Counted from the stretch's first letter, positions 37,481 through 48,100 are shown. The stretch: DNA of 64,000 bases from Vicinamibacteraceae bacterium (GCA_039812685.1 JBDIBB010000002.1:17291-81290); one strand, 5' to 3'. Translations and numbers: made by a program. Notes: generated from the letters alone by a model not told the origin.

Positions 37481-38706
37481 TGGACGAACACCACGATGCG
37501 ATTACGGAACCCCGTCAGTTGCCAGATGTGGACGAACAGCCAGAACAGCCACGCGGGGGATCCGCGAAGCCGCACGCGGCCGAGGTCGGCCACGGCACGG
37601 GCGCGCCCGATCGTGGCGAGGTTGCCGAGGTTGCGGTAGACGAACGGCGCGCGGGGGGCCCCGCGCAGCGTCGCCAGGACGTTGCGCGCGGCCCAGGCGG
37701 CCTGCTGCATGGCCACCTGCGCGACGCCGGGCAGCAGCCGTCCATCGCCGGCGTCGAACGCCGCCAGATCTCCGACCACGTAGACGTCGTCACGGCCGGG
37801 AATCGTCAGGTCGGGCCTGACCTTCACGCGCCCGGCCCGGTCGACCGGAACGCCCAGCCCGCGACCGAGCGGCGAGGCGGCGACGCCGGCGGCCCAGATG
37901 ATGGTGGCCGCGTCGATCGTCTCCTCGCCGATGCGCACCCGGCCGGGCTCCACCTCGGTCACCTGGGCACCGAGGCGAACCTCCACGCCCAGCTCGCGCA
38001 GCGCCTCCTCGGCGTAGCGGCGCAAGGGTTCGGGAAACGCCGCCAGCAGCGTGGGTGCGCCCTCCAGCAGCACCACCCGGGCCGATTCGGGAAAGATCTC
38101 CCGGAATTCCCTGCGCAGCGCGTGACGGGCGATCTCGGCGAGCGCGCCGGCCATCTCCACGCCGGTGGGCCCGCCGCCGATCACCACGAACGTGAGCAGG
38201 CGGCGCTGCTCCCGCCCATCGGCGGTCCGTTCGGCCCGCTCGAAGGCCAGCAGCACCTCCCGCCGAATCGTCAGCGCATCGTCGAGCGTCTTGAGCGCGG
38301 GCGCCGCGGCGCTCCACTGGTCGTGACCGAAGTAGGAATGCGTCGCCCCGGCGGCGATGATGACGGCGTCGTACGGCAGGTCGCCGATGTCGAGCCGTAC
38401 CACCTTGCGTTGGACGTCGACGGCCTGCGCCTCGGCGAGCAGCACCTGGACGTTCGGCTGACCGCGCAGGACGTAGCGGATGGGCGATGCGATATCGCCC
38501 GGCGAGAGACCCGCCGTCGCCACCTGGTAGAGGAGCGGCTGGAAGAGGTGATGGTTGCGGCGGTCCACCAGCACGACGTCCACGCGGGCGCGACGCAGCG
38601 CCCGTGCGGCGCTGAGCCCCCCGAAACCGCCGCCGACGATGACGACGCGCGGCCGGCCTGTGGCCCGCAGAGGCAATGGAAACGGCGCTTCCTTCGACAC
38701 CAGCAC
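37390..38706 (-). CDS. ndh: type II NADH dehydrogenase (NDH-2)
   Basis: RVVIVGGGFGGLSAA, HHLFQPLLYQVATAGL, a second dinucleotide fold VVIGGGPTGVEMAG, and a C-terminal GFRNR membrane-anchor region. I guess the start at GTG 38706, because the track start 38850 overlaps the upstream permease. Confidence 0.85.
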   Translation of the reverse strand: MLVSKEAPFPLPLRATGRPRVVIVGGGFGGLSAARALRRARVDVVLVDRRNHHLFQPLLYQVATAGLSPGDIASPIRYVLRGQPNVQVLLAEAQAVDVQRKVVRLDIGDLPYDAVIIAAGATHSYFGHDQWSAAAPALKTLDDALTIRREVLLAFERAERTADGREQRRLLTFVVIGGGPTGVEMAGALAEIARHALRREFREIFPESARVVLLEGAPTLLAAFPEPLRRYAEEALRELGVEVRLGAQVTEVEPGRVRIGEETIDAATIIWAAGVAASPLGRGLGVPVDRAGRVKVRPDLTIPGRDDVYVVGDLAAFDAGDGRLLPGVAQVAMQQAAWAARNVLATLRGAPRAPFVYRNLGNLATIGRARAVADLGRVRLRGSPAWLFWLFVHIWQLTGFRNRIVVFVQWTFAYFTYQRSIRLITGDETASSVRPSAP

Positions 38707-38767
38707 CTCGACCGCCGCGCACGCCGCGGCGCGGCGCGGTCCGCCGGTTGGCCGCCGCGCCTGTCTT

Positions 38768-40057
38768 CTATTCGTACCGTAATGCCTCCACCGGGTCCAG
38801 CCGGGCGGCCCTGACCGCCGGCCAGTAGCCGGCGAGTACGCCCGTGCCAACCGCCCCCAGCAGTCCGCCGGCCACCACCCAGAGCGGCGGCATCGCCGAG
38901 AACGCCGGGGCCAGCACGGTGACGACGACGCCGATGCCCGCGGCCAGCCCCAGGCCGGCCACGCCGCCGATGGCCGAGAGCAGCACGGCCTCCAGCAGGA
39001 ACTGCCGCAGCACCTCGCGCCGGCGCGCGCCCACCGCCAGGCGCACGCCGATCTCGCGGGTGCGCTCGGTCACGCTGATCAGCATCACGTTGGCGATGCC
39101 GATGCCCCCGATGAACAGGCTGATGGCGGCCAGGCCGAGCGTGACGCCGCCGATGGCGGCGCTCACGCGATCGAATTGCGCGATGATCTGGTCGGCCGAG
39201 GAGAGGCGGAAGTCGTCCTCCTCGCCGGGCGCGAGCCCGCGCAACTGGCGCAGGATGGCTTCGGTCTCCGAGCGCGCCTGCTCGCGGCGTCCTGGCTTCG
39301 CCCGGACGTAGAGCACGGTGTTCTCGGCCTGCGGGAACTGCCGCGCCGTGGTGCCCAGCGGAATCGACATCACCGCGTCCTGCCGGTTCTCGCCGAAGAA
39401 CCCGCCCTTGCGCGGGGCGAGTTCGCCCACCACGTAGTAGGTCGCGCCGGCCAGCACGAAGGTCCGCCCCACGGTGCGGCCGCGAGCGCCGGTACCGAAC
39501 AGCGCGGTGGCGAGGTTGCTGCCGATGACCGCGACGCGCGCGCCGACGCGGTCCTCCACGTCGGTGAAGGGCCGTCCCGCCGCGAACTCGGCCCCGACCA
39601 CCTCGAAGAAGTTCGGCGAGGCGCCCTCCACGAGCAGCGTATCCACCTCAGTGCCGCCGGCGCGCGCGGTGAGGGCGCGGCCCGACACGACGGTTGGCAC
39701 GATCACCTGCACCGCCACCTCGCGCACGGCCTCACCCAGGCGCGCGATCGGTCCCGCGAAGGCCGGCTCGAGCGGCAGCCTGCGGGCTTCGCGCTCGGAC
39801 GCCGGCTGGTAAGGATCCCCGCTCAGGTGGAAGGCGAACACGTTGTCGGTGCCGAGATCGCGGAACATCTCGGCAATGGAGTTGCGGACGCCCGCCAGCA
39901 CCGAGGCCACCAGCACGACGGTGACGATGCCGATGACGATGCCGAAGATGGCGAGCGCGGATCGGGCCGGCTGCGTGCGCAGCGAGTCGACGGCCAGCGC
40001 CGCCGACTCGCCGAGGGCAGTGCGCCAGCGGCGGAAGGCTGAGGCGTCCGACTGCAC
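38768..40057 (-). CDS. MacB-type ABC transporter permease (MacB_PCD + FtsX), no ATPase domain
   Basis: N-terminal TM helix ALAIFGIVIGIVTVVLV, a periplasmic core domain, and the C-terminal FtsX signature SVTERTREIGVRLAVGARR. GTG start at 40057, 10 nt after the upstream stop. Confidence 0.85.
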   Translation of the reverse strand: MQSDASAFRRWRTALGESAALAVDSLRTQPARSALAIFGIVIGIVTVVLVASVLAGVRNSIAEMFRDLGTDNVFAFHLSGDPYQPASEREARRLPLEPAFAGPIARLGEAVREVAVQVIVPTVVSGRALTARAGGTEVDTLLVEGASPNFFEVVGAEFAAGRPFTDVEDRVGARVAVIGSNLATALFGTGARGRTVGRTFVLAGATYYVVGELAPRKGGFFGENRQDAVMSIPLGTTARQFPQAENTVLYVRAKPGRREQARSETEAILRQLRGLAPGEEDDFRLSSADQIIAQFDRVSAAIGGVTLGLAAISLFIGGIGIANVMLISVTERTREIGVRLAVGARRREVLRQFLLEAVLLSAIGGVAGLGLAAGIGVVVTVLAPAFSAMPPLWVVAGGLLGAVGTGVLAGYWPAVRAARLDPVEALRYE

Positions 40058-40067
40058 GATGTGTCCC

Positions 40068-41345
40068 CTACTCCGCCCGGATGGCGGTGACGATATCGAC
40101 GCGCGTCGCACGCCGCGCGGGATACCACCCGGCGGCCAGTCCGCTCGCTCCCGAAGCCAGCAGCGACCAGACGGCGGTGGCGTCGTCGATCGCCAGGGGA
40201 AGGCCCGAGGCGCCGGCCGCGGCGCGCACCACGATCCACGCCGCGGCAAGGCCCAGCACCCCGCCCGCGATGGCCACCAGCAGCGACTCGGCCAGCACTT
40301 CGCGGGAGATGTGTCCGCGCCGGGCGCCCAGTGCCCGCCGTACACCGATCTCGCGGGTCCGCTGGCTCACCGACACCAGCGTGGTGTTGGTGATGACCAC
40401 GATGGCCGCCAGCAGAGCCATCGCCGAAATCGGCAGCGCCGCGGCGCCGATGCGCTGGGTGACGCGGAACACGAAGGTACGCGCGGCCTCGGGCGAGAGG
40501 ATGTCGAAGTTGTTCTCCCTGCCGGGACCGAGCTGACGTCTGGCGCGCATGGTGATCACGGCATGATCCTCGGCCGCCGGCGTCGTCGAGCCGCCGGCGG
40601 CCCGGGCGAAGACCTGCAGCGTGGCCGGCGCGCCGAACACGCGCTCGAAGGCCCGCAGCGGAACCCACACGTATCGATCGAGCGAGGCGCCGCCCGAGGT
40701 GCCCAGCCGTCCCTGCACGCCGACGATGACGAAGCCGCGACCTCCCAGCCGGATGCGTGCGCCCAGCGGGTCGCGGCCGGGAAACAGCGCGTCGGCCACC
40801 TCGGCGCCAATTACTGCCACCAGCGCCGCCGCGGTCTCCTCGTACGGCTGGAAGAAGCGGCCGCCCTCGATGCCCAGATCCCGGATCAGCGCCATCTCCA
40901 CCGAGGTGCCGACGATCGCCGCGTTGTCGTAGGTGCGGCCGCCGGCGCTCACCGGCGCGACCTGCTGCGTGCTGGGGGCGTAGATCACGCGGCCCGCGGC
41001 CTGGCGCGCCAGGAACCGTGCGTCATCGCGCGTGAGGGCGGGATGGCGCTCCAGTTTCCGCTCGAGTTCCTTCCGGCTCACCGAACCGGAGGACGCGATC
41101 TGGGCGATCACGAACGTGTCGCTGCCGAAGGTCCGTGCCGCGCTGATTTCGGCGAACTGCCGTACGCCGTCGAGCGCCGCGGTCACGATCGCCATGGTGG
41201 CGACGGCGACCACGATGGCGAGCATGCCGAGCCCCGTGCGCAGCGGGTGGGCGCGCAGCGCGCCGATGGCCTGCGCCACTTGCGCGTCCGCCACTCCCTG
41301 CAGCAAGAAACGCGTCGTCGTCATGAGGCGGCCAGCCGGGAACAC
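40068..41345 (-). CDS. MacB-type ABC transporter permease (MacB_PCD + FtsX), no ATPase domain
   Basis: TGLGMLAIVVAVATMAIV TM helix and SVSQRTREIGVRRALGARR FtsX signature. The start may instead be MTTTRF (41324). Confidence 0.85.
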   Translation of the reverse strand: MFPAGRLMTTTRFLLQGVADAQVAQAIGALRAHPLRTGLGMLAIVVAVATMAIVTAALDGVRQFAEISAARTFGSDTFVIAQIASSGSVSRKELERKLERHPALTRDDARFLARQAAGRVIYAPSTQQVAPVSAGGRTYDNAAIVGTSVEMALIRDLGIEGGRFFQPYEETAAALVAVIGAEVADALFPGRDPLGARIRLGGRGFVIVGVQGRLGTSGGASLDRYVWVPLRAFERVFGAPATLQVFARAAGGSTTPAAEDHAVITMRARRQLGPGRENNFDILSPEAARTFVFRVTQRIGAAALPISAMALLAAIVVITNTTLVSVSQRTREIGVRRALGARRGHISREVLAESLLVAIAGGVLGLAAAWIVVRAAAGASGLPLAIDDATAVWSLLASGASGLAAGWYPARRATRVDIVTAIRAE

Positions 41346-41478
41346 GCCCTTCGCCCCGACATTCTAACGTGAGAGAATCGGCCTGCCGCCCGCGGCGCGC
41401 GCCGTGCGATCCCGCGGCGCGCCTGCCCCCTCACGCCGACCGGATGCAGACGGGCGTGACGATCCCCATGACGGAGTG

Positions 41479-42771
41479 ATGTCGATGCGTCGAATCGGAT
41501 GGATCCTGCTGCTGGTGGCCATGGTCGCGACGGTGCTCGCGCTGGCGGTGCGGCGCAGCCATCGTGCCGGTCTGGACGTGACGGCCGAACCCGCGCGCCG
41601 GGTGCCGGTGCTGCGATCGACGGTCACCGCCTCCGGCGAGATCGTCGCCACGCGCTACGCCGACATCGGTTCGAACGTCATGGGGAAGATCGTGGCCCTG
41701 CCGGTGAAGGAGGGCGACCGCGTGCGCGCCGGCCAGTTGCTCGCCCGCATCGATCCCGTGCAGGCGCGCGCCGACGTGTCGGCCGCGCAGGCCGCCGTCG
41801 AGGCACTTGCCGCCGAGGCGATCGCCGCCGACCGCGCGGTGGAGGCCGCGCGCGCCGATCTGGCCGGCGCCGAGGCCCGCAACCGCGAGGCGCTGCTGAC
41901 CATCGCCCGGACCCGCGAACTGCAGGCGCAGGCCCTCGCCCCGAAGGCCGAACTCGACGCCGCCGAGGCGGCCGCCGACAGCGCCACCGCCCAGTTGCGC
42001 GCGGCGCAGGCCGCCCTCGACCGGGCACAGAGCGTGTGGAACGCCGCCCAGCGGCGCATCGCGCAGAGCCGCGCCCAGGCCGACCGCGCCCGTGACGTCC
42101 TCGGCAAGACCGAGATCACCGCCCCGATCGACGGCATCGTGTCGCGCCTGCAGGTGCGCGAAGGCGAGATGGTGGTGGTCGGCATCCAGAACCAGCCCGG
42201 CACCACGCTGATGACGGTGTCGGATCTGAGCGCCATCGACGCGGAAGTGAAGGTGGCCGAAGCCGACGTCCTCCGGCTGACGCTGGGCCAGCCCGCCACC
42301 ATCGTCCTCGAAGCAATCCCGGATCGGCGCCTGGCCGGACGCGTCGTCGAAATCGGCGCCAGCGCGCTGCCGGTGATCGGCACGCAGGCTGCCGCCCGCG
42401 AGTTCCGCGTCGTCGTGCGGCTCGATGACGCCGACGCCGCGCTGCGGCCGGGCCTCACCTGCGACGCGGAGATCCTCACCGACCAGCGGCAGAACGCCTT
42501 GACCGTCCCGCTGCAATCGGTGGTGCTGCGGCCGGGGGCGGCGCCGGCCGCCGCGGCCGCGGACACCAGCGATCGTCCGGGCGTGTTCCTCGTGAAGGAT
42601 GGCGTAGCCGTCTTCCATCCGGTGACGCCGGGCATCATCGGTGGCCTCTCCATCGAAGTGAGCGGCCTCGAGGAGGGCGCGGTGGTGGTCAGCGGACCCT
42701 TCCAGGCCCTGCGCGACCTCGCGGACGGCGATCGGATCCGGGTTCGCCCCGAGACCCGACCCCAATCCTGA
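41479..42771 (+). CDS. HlyD-family periplasmic adaptor (membrane fusion protein)
   Basis: N-terminal TM helix, lipoyl-like VKEGDRVRAGQLLARID, a long Ala-rich coiled coil, ITAPIDGIVS, and beta-barrel/MPD regions. Confidence 0.85.
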   Translation: MSMRRIGWILLLVAMVATVLALAVRRSHRAGLDVTAEPARRVPVLRSTVTASGEIVATRYADIGSNVMGKIVALPVKEGDRVRAGQLLARIDPVQARADVSAAQAAVEALAAEAIAADRAVEAARADLAGAEARNREALLTIARTRELQAQALAPKAELDAAEAAADSATAQLRAAQAALDRAQSVWNAAQRRIAQSRAQADRARDVLGKTEITAPIDGIVSRLQVREGEMVVVGIQNQPGTTLMTVSDLSAIDAEVKVAEADVLRLTLGQPATIVLEAIPDRRLAGRVVEIGASALPVIGTQAAAREFRVVVRLDDADAALRPGLTCDAEILTDQRQNALTVPLQSVVLRPGAAPAAAAADTSDRPGVFLVKDGVAVFHPVTPGIIGGLSIEVSGLEEGAVVVSGPFQALRDLADGDRIRVRPETRPQS

Positions 42772-42894
42772 GCCGGCGGGCGGCGCGAGAGCCGCGCCCA
42801 TGACCCGGCCTTTGAAGTCCCTGGGGTTCCGGACCCAACGTCGTGAGGCACAGGGCGCGCCCGATGGAACGCCCTGCGCCGGCACGGTCGCCTG

Positions 42895-43060
42895 CTAGCA
42901 GTCCGTGGTGGAAGTGCCGCGTCGCACCGAGACGGGCGCGGCGCCCGGCTGGCCAGGCGCGACGACCGAGAATACGGCCAGTATTTGAGGGAGGAGCAAC
43001 GCCGCCAGCCGGGATGCCCCGCCCGTCGAATGCAGCACCACTTTCGCCACGGACTGCTAG
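42895..43060 (+). promoter_or_regulatory. structured leader: 22-bp long-range helix enclosing about 122 nt upstream of the molybdoenzyme gene
   Basis: 42895..42916 CTAGCAGTCCGTGGTGGAAGTG pairs with 43039..43060 CACTTTCGCCACGGACTGCTAG (20 Watson-Crick pairs plus 2 G-U pairs, the latter only in plus-sense RNA). The sequence is fixed by overlapping track translations. Confidence 0.45.
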
Positions 43061-43069
43061 ACTCCCCCC

Positions 43070-45157
43070 ATGAGTACCTCCAAGCGCCTGCACTGGGGGC
43101 ACAGCACGATCGACACCTCGTGTCCCCTGGACTGCCCCGACAACTGCTCGCTGAGCGTGACGGTCGAAGACGGGCGCCTCCGCTCCATTGGCGGATCGTC
43201 GGCCACGCCGACCACCGGCGGCTTCATCTGCGCCAAGGTGCGGGGATTCGCCGCGCACGTCTACGACGAGCGCCGGGTGAGGTACCCTCTCGTCCGCAAG
43301 GGCCCGAAGGGCCGGGGAGACTTCGCGCGCATCGGCTGGGACGACGCGCTGGAGCGCATCGCGCAGGAGATCGAGCGCGCGCGGGCGCAGTGGGGCGGCG
43401 AGTCGATCCTGCCCTTCTCCTACGGCGGTTCCAACGGCCTGCTCAGCCAGGATTGTGCCGACGCCGTGCTGTTTCGCGGCCTCGGCGCCTCGCGCCTGGC
43501 CCGCACCGTGTGTGCCGCGGCCACCGGGGCGGCGGCGCAGGCCATGTACGGGAAGATGCCGGGCGTCGGCTACGAGGACTACGTCGACGCGCGGCTGATC
43601 GTCATCTGGGGCGCCAACACCACGACGACCGGCATGCACCTCGTGCCGTTCATCACGACGGCCCGCGCCAGGGGCGCCGCGCTGGTGGTGATCGATCCGC
43701 GCCAGACGAAGCTGGCCCGCCTGGCCGACCTGCACCTGCCGATCCGGCCGGGGACCGACCTGCCGGTGGCGCTGTCGGTCATCCGGCACCTGTTCGAGCA
43801 GGGCCATGCCGACCTGCGGTTCCTCGCCGGACACACGACAGGCGCTGGCGACCTGCGGGCCGCCGCGCTCCCGTGGAGCCTCGAGCGGGCGGCGGAGGTC
43901 GCGGGCATCGAGACGGCCGCGCTGCGCCGGTTCGCCGATCTCTATGCGGAGCGGACCCCCTCGGTCATCCGCTGCGGCTCGGGACTGGAGCGCAACCGCA
44001 ACGGCGGCAACGCCGTGCTGGCCGTGCTGGCGCTTCCGGCCGTCGCGGGCCGGTTCGGGGTGCGCGGCGGCGGCTACACGCTGGGGAACTCCGCCGCGTA
44101 TGGCCTCCAGGACAAGGCGTGGATCGACGTGGCCGAGCCGCCGACGCGCCTGCTCAACATGAACCGGCTGGGCCGCATCCTGTGCGAGCCGCAGAATCCT
44201 CCGGTGAAGGTGCTGTTCGTTTACAACTGCAACCCCGTCGCCACCATGCCCGATCAGCGCCGGGTGATCGAGGGCCTCTCTCGCGACGATCTCTTCACGG
44301 TGGTCTTCGACCAGGTGCGCACCGACTCGGCGGCGTTCGCCGACATCGTGCTGCCGGCCACCACCTTTCTCGAGCACTACGACATCTCGACGGGCTACGG
44401 CGCCTACGGCGTCCAGATGGTGAAGCCGGCCATCGAGCCGGTGGGCGAGTCACGGCCCAACGTAGAGGTGTTCGCCCGGCTGGCGGCCCGCCTGGGCGTC
44501 ACCGCGACCAGCGAGGACGACGAGGCCGAGACGATCGCCCTGCTGCGGGTGGCGGCCGCGCTGCCGGCCGGGTTGGGCGAAGCGGTGCTCCAGGGGCGCC
44601 CCGGCTATCCCGCCTTCGGCACGCGGCCGGTGCAGTTCCACGACGTGTTTCCCGGCACGCCCGATCGCAAGATACGGCTGTTTCCCGTGGAAGCGGCGAC
44701 CGACGCGCCGGCCGGCCTCTACGGCTACCAGCCCGATCCCGGGAGCCCCGAGTTCCCGCTGGCGCTCATCTCGCCCGCCAGCGACCACACGATCAGCTCG
44801 ACGATGGGGCAGTTACCGGCCGAGGCCGCGTCGCTCTGGCTCCATCCCGACGACGCGGCGGCACGTGGGATCGGTGCCGACGACACCGTGCGCGTCCACA
44901 ACGCGCTCGGCGAGGTGCACTGCCGCGTGCACCTGACCGAGCGCGTGCCGCCCGGCACCGTGAGCCTGCCGAAGGGGCTCTGGCGGCAGAGCACGCTGAA
45001 CGGGGCGACCGCCAATGCGCTCGCCCCCGACACGGCGACCGACCTCGGCGCCGGCGCCTGCTTCAACGACGCGCGCGTCGAGGCGAGCCGGATCGTCGGC
45101 GCGCAGTTCGAGGGGCAGGCGGTGTCGCTGTTCGTCGCGGGCCTGCGGCGTCACTGA
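43070..45157 (+). CDS. molybdopterin oxidoreductase (DMSO reductase superfamily) with N-terminal 4Fe-4S motif
   Basis: CPLDCPDNCSL...GGFICAKV cysteine motif, RIGWDDALERIAQEI, the MGD-binding regions and a C-terminal beta-barrel (VRVHNALGEVHCRV). Confidence 0.9.
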   Translation: MSTSKRLHWGHSTIDTSCPLDCPDNCSLSVTVEDGRLRSIGGSSATPTTGGFICAKVRGFAAHVYDERRVRYPLVRKGPKGRGDFARIGWDDALERIAQEIERARAQWGGESILPFSYGGSNGLLSQDCADAVLFRGLGASRLARTVCAAATGAAAQAMYGKMPGVGYEDYVDARLIVIWGANTTTTGMHLVPFITTARARGAALVVIDPRQTKLARLADLHLPIRPGTDLPVALSVIRHLFEQGHADLRFLAGHTTGAGDLRAAALPWSLERAAEVAGIETAALRRFADLYAERTPSVIRCGSGLERNRNGGNAVLAVLALPAVAGRFGVRGGGYTLGNSAAYGLQDKAWIDVAEPPTRLLNMNRLGRILCEPQNPPVKVLFVYNCNPVATMPDQRRVIEGLSRDDLFTVVFDQVRTDSAAFADIVLPATTFLEHYDISTGYGAYGVQMVKPAIEPVGESRPNVEVFARLAARLGVTATSEDDEAETIALLRVAAALPAGLGEAVLQGRPGYPAFGTRPVQFHDVFPGTPDRKIRLFPVEAATDAPAGLYGYQPDPGSPEFPLALISPASDHTISSTMGQLPAEAASLWLHPDDAAARGIGADDTVRVHNALGEVHCRVHLTERVPPGTVSLPKGLWRQSTLNGATANALAPDTATDLGAGACFNDARVEASRIVGAQFEGQAVSLFVAGLRRH

Positions 45158-45163
45158 CGTCGC

Positions 45164-48100
45164 TCACCTGAGCATCACCAGCCGTCCCACGCCCTTTTCG
45201 CGCATCGCGGATTCGAAGGCCGGCACGTCCTTGTCGTACACCGCCCTGAGTTCGGCCTTCACCTGGTCGAGTTCTCCGGTCAGCTTCCGGTAGACCTCGA
45301 TCTGCGGCTGCGTCGGCGGGTAGTCCGAGTTGCCCGCGACGTCGCCTCCGCCGCTGCTCACCTCCGCCTGCAGCCAGACGAACAGCAGGTAGAGCTTCAT
45401 CGCGCCGCGGAACGATTTCGCGTCGCCTTCCGCGATCGTCGGCTGCAGCAGCTTGTCCTCGGCGGCGCGCAGCCGCGCGTCCAGGCCGTCGATCGCCTCG
45501 AGGGTCGCCTTCGTGTCGGCGGCACCGGCCTTCTGCCGCGCGCCGACGGCCTTCCTCATGTCCTCGAGTTGCTTCCGCGACCACTCGATCTGGTTGATCA
45601 GGTCCGCCGCCTCGTTGATGCGCTCGTAGATGTCGAGCGAGAGCTTCGTGGAGGCCACCACGTCGGCCTCGCTCGCCGGGGTGTTCGGATCCTTGAGCAC
45701 CGTGACCGTCGCGGAGAACTCGCGGCCGCCGGCCGACAGTTTCACCGCATAGGCTCCCGGCGCGACGAGCGGGCCGCGCTTGGGCGTATCGATGCCGTAG
45801 TAGAGCACCGGCCGCGTCTCCTTCCCGACGAAGCGCTTCTCGGTCCAGATCTCCGGATTGCCTGGCGGGGTCGTCCGCAGCTCGACCTCTCGCGTCGGCT
45901 CGTGGCGCAGGTCCCACCACACGCGGTTGAGTCCCTGGCGCTTCGAGCCGCGGATGGTCCGGATCGGCCGGCCGCCGGCGTCCGAGATGGTCAGCGTCAC
46001 GTCGCCTTTCGGCACCTCCCCGAGCCAGTAGTCGATCGACGCGCCGTAGTTCGGGTTGCGTCCCATGGCCGCGCCGGACGGCGCGAGGTCGCGCCGCTCG
46101 ACGTTCCGGAATCGGTAGGCTGGCCGCGGCTCGAGCAGCGTCACGGGCGCCTGCCGCTGCGCGTCGGTCAGCCGCTGCAGTGGTGTGACGTCGTCCATGA
46201 TCCAGATCCCGCGCCCGTAGGTGCCGACGACGAGATCGTTGAAGTGGGGCTGGATCTCGAGCCAGTAGACCGGTGCGTGTGGCAGGTTCTGCTGGAACGG
46301 CCGCCACGTGGCGCCGTCGTCGAACGACAGGAAGAGACCGTTCTCCGTCCCGGCGTAGAGCAGCCCCTGGCGCTTCGGATCCTCGCGGAGCACGTGCGTG
46401 TAACTGAGCGGCCCCTTCTCGATGCCGCCGGTGATCGGCGTCCACGTCCGGCCGTAGTCGGCCGTCTTGAAAAGCCACGGATCGAAGTTGCCCACCTGGT
46501 GCCCGTCGATGGCGACGTAGCAGACTCCCGGCGCGTGCCGCGACGGCTCCACGCTGTTGACGTTCATCTTCGGCGGCAGCCCCTTGATGTTCGGCGTGGT
46601 GTTGGTCCACGTCGCCCCGCCGTCGCGCGTCACCTGCACCTGGCCGTCGTTGGTGCCGGCCCAGATCACGCCCTTCTCGATCGGCGACTCCGCGATGGAG
46701 AAGACCGTGCCCGCGTACTCGACGCTGAGGTTGTCGACGGTGAGCCCGCCAGAGTCACCCTTCATCGACGGGTCGTTCAGCGTGAGATCGGGGCTGATGG
46801 CCTGCCACGTCTGGCCGCCATCGGTGGTCCTGTGGACGTACTGGCTGCCGACGTAGACGGTGTTGTGATCGTGGGGCGAGATCGCGATCGGGAAGGTCCA
46901 GTTCATCCGCAGCTTGATCTCGCCGGCCGGCGCGCCCATCGTCCGCTCGGGCCAGGGGCTCACCGTGCGTGACATCCGCGTCTTCAGATCGTGGCGCTCG
47001 ACCACGCCGGCATAGCAGCCGCCCCAGATGATGTCGGGATCGACCGGATCCGGGATGTTCCAGCCGGTCTCGCACCCCGCGGTGGTCGTCCAGAGGCTGG
47101 GGTGGATGCCGCCGGAGAGGCTGTTGCTGGGCGCCCGCAGGGATGCGTAGTCCTGCATCTGGCCGTAGACGTAGTACGGCACGCGCGTATCGGTCGCGAC
47201 GTGGTAGATCTGCCCGATCGGCAGGCGCATCATGTTCCACTCCTCGCCGCGAGTGGTGGAAATCATCACGCCGAGGTCGTTGGCGATCATGATCCGCTTC
47301 GGGTTCTTCGGGTCGGCCCACATGTCGTGGTTGTCGCCGCCCCAGCGCACCTGGTCGGTCGTCTCGCCGCCGTCGTAGGTGACGCCCATGCCGTTGGACG
47401 GGAAGTAGACCTGGTCGGCGTCGTCGGGCATGACGAGCATGCGCGTGTAGTAGTGCGGGCGCTCGTTCAGCAGGCGGCTCGTGTTGACCCTCCGCCACCG
47501 CTCGCCGCCATCGTCGCTGCGCCAGAGCGAGCCGCGCTCCCCCGTCTCGATGAGGGCGTAGACGCGGTTCGGGTTGCTGGGCGCGACCGACACGGCGATC
47601 TTGCCGAGCGGCGAGGCCGGCAGCCCGTTGCCCTCGAGGCGCTTCCAGGTGAGGCCGCCGTCGCGCGACACGAACACGCCGCTGCCAGGTCCGCCACTGA
47701 CGCGGCCCCACGTCTTGATGTCGATCTGCCACGTGCCCGCGAACACGTTGTCCGGGTTCACGGGATCCATCGCGATGTCCGACGCCCCGGTCTCCTCGTT
47801 GACGAACAGGACGCGTGTCCACGTCTTCCCGCCATCGGCCGTGCGGAACACGCCACGCTCCTGCTGCGGGCCATAGGCGTGGCCGATCGCCGCCGCGAGC
47901 ACGACGTCGGGGTTGGTGGGATGGATCAGGATGCGCGCAATGCGCCCCGTCTTCTCGAGGCCCATGCGCGTCCAGGTCTTCCCCGCATCCGTGGACTTGT
48001 AGATGCCGTCGCCCACCGACACGTTGGAGCGGATGAACGGTTCGCCCGTCCCCACCCAGACGACGTTCGGATCGGAGGGCGCGAGTGCGATGGCCCCAAT

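Noticed and set aside
42895-43060. Reading the 22-bp inverted repeat as the terminal inverted repeats of a MITE (with CTAG at both outer ends), or as a Moco riboswitch
   Set aside because: Neither call could be made. I saw no second copy in the window, no clear target-site duplication beyond the CTAG that is part of the repeat, and no transposase. I also could not find the conserved Moco motif blocks by eye. It is kept as an open finding, not as a called element.
42689-44377. 562-aa minus-strand ORF over the molybdoenzyme gene and its leader
   Set aside because: It is antisense to a clearly recognisable molybdopterin oxidoreductase and has an artefact-like composition.
43070-45157. Possibility that the molybdopterin oxidoreductase is itself a selenoprotein (as in FdhF-type enzymes)
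   Set aside because: The ORF is continuous with no in-frame TGA, and the N-terminal region shows Cys rather than a stop at the expected ligand region.
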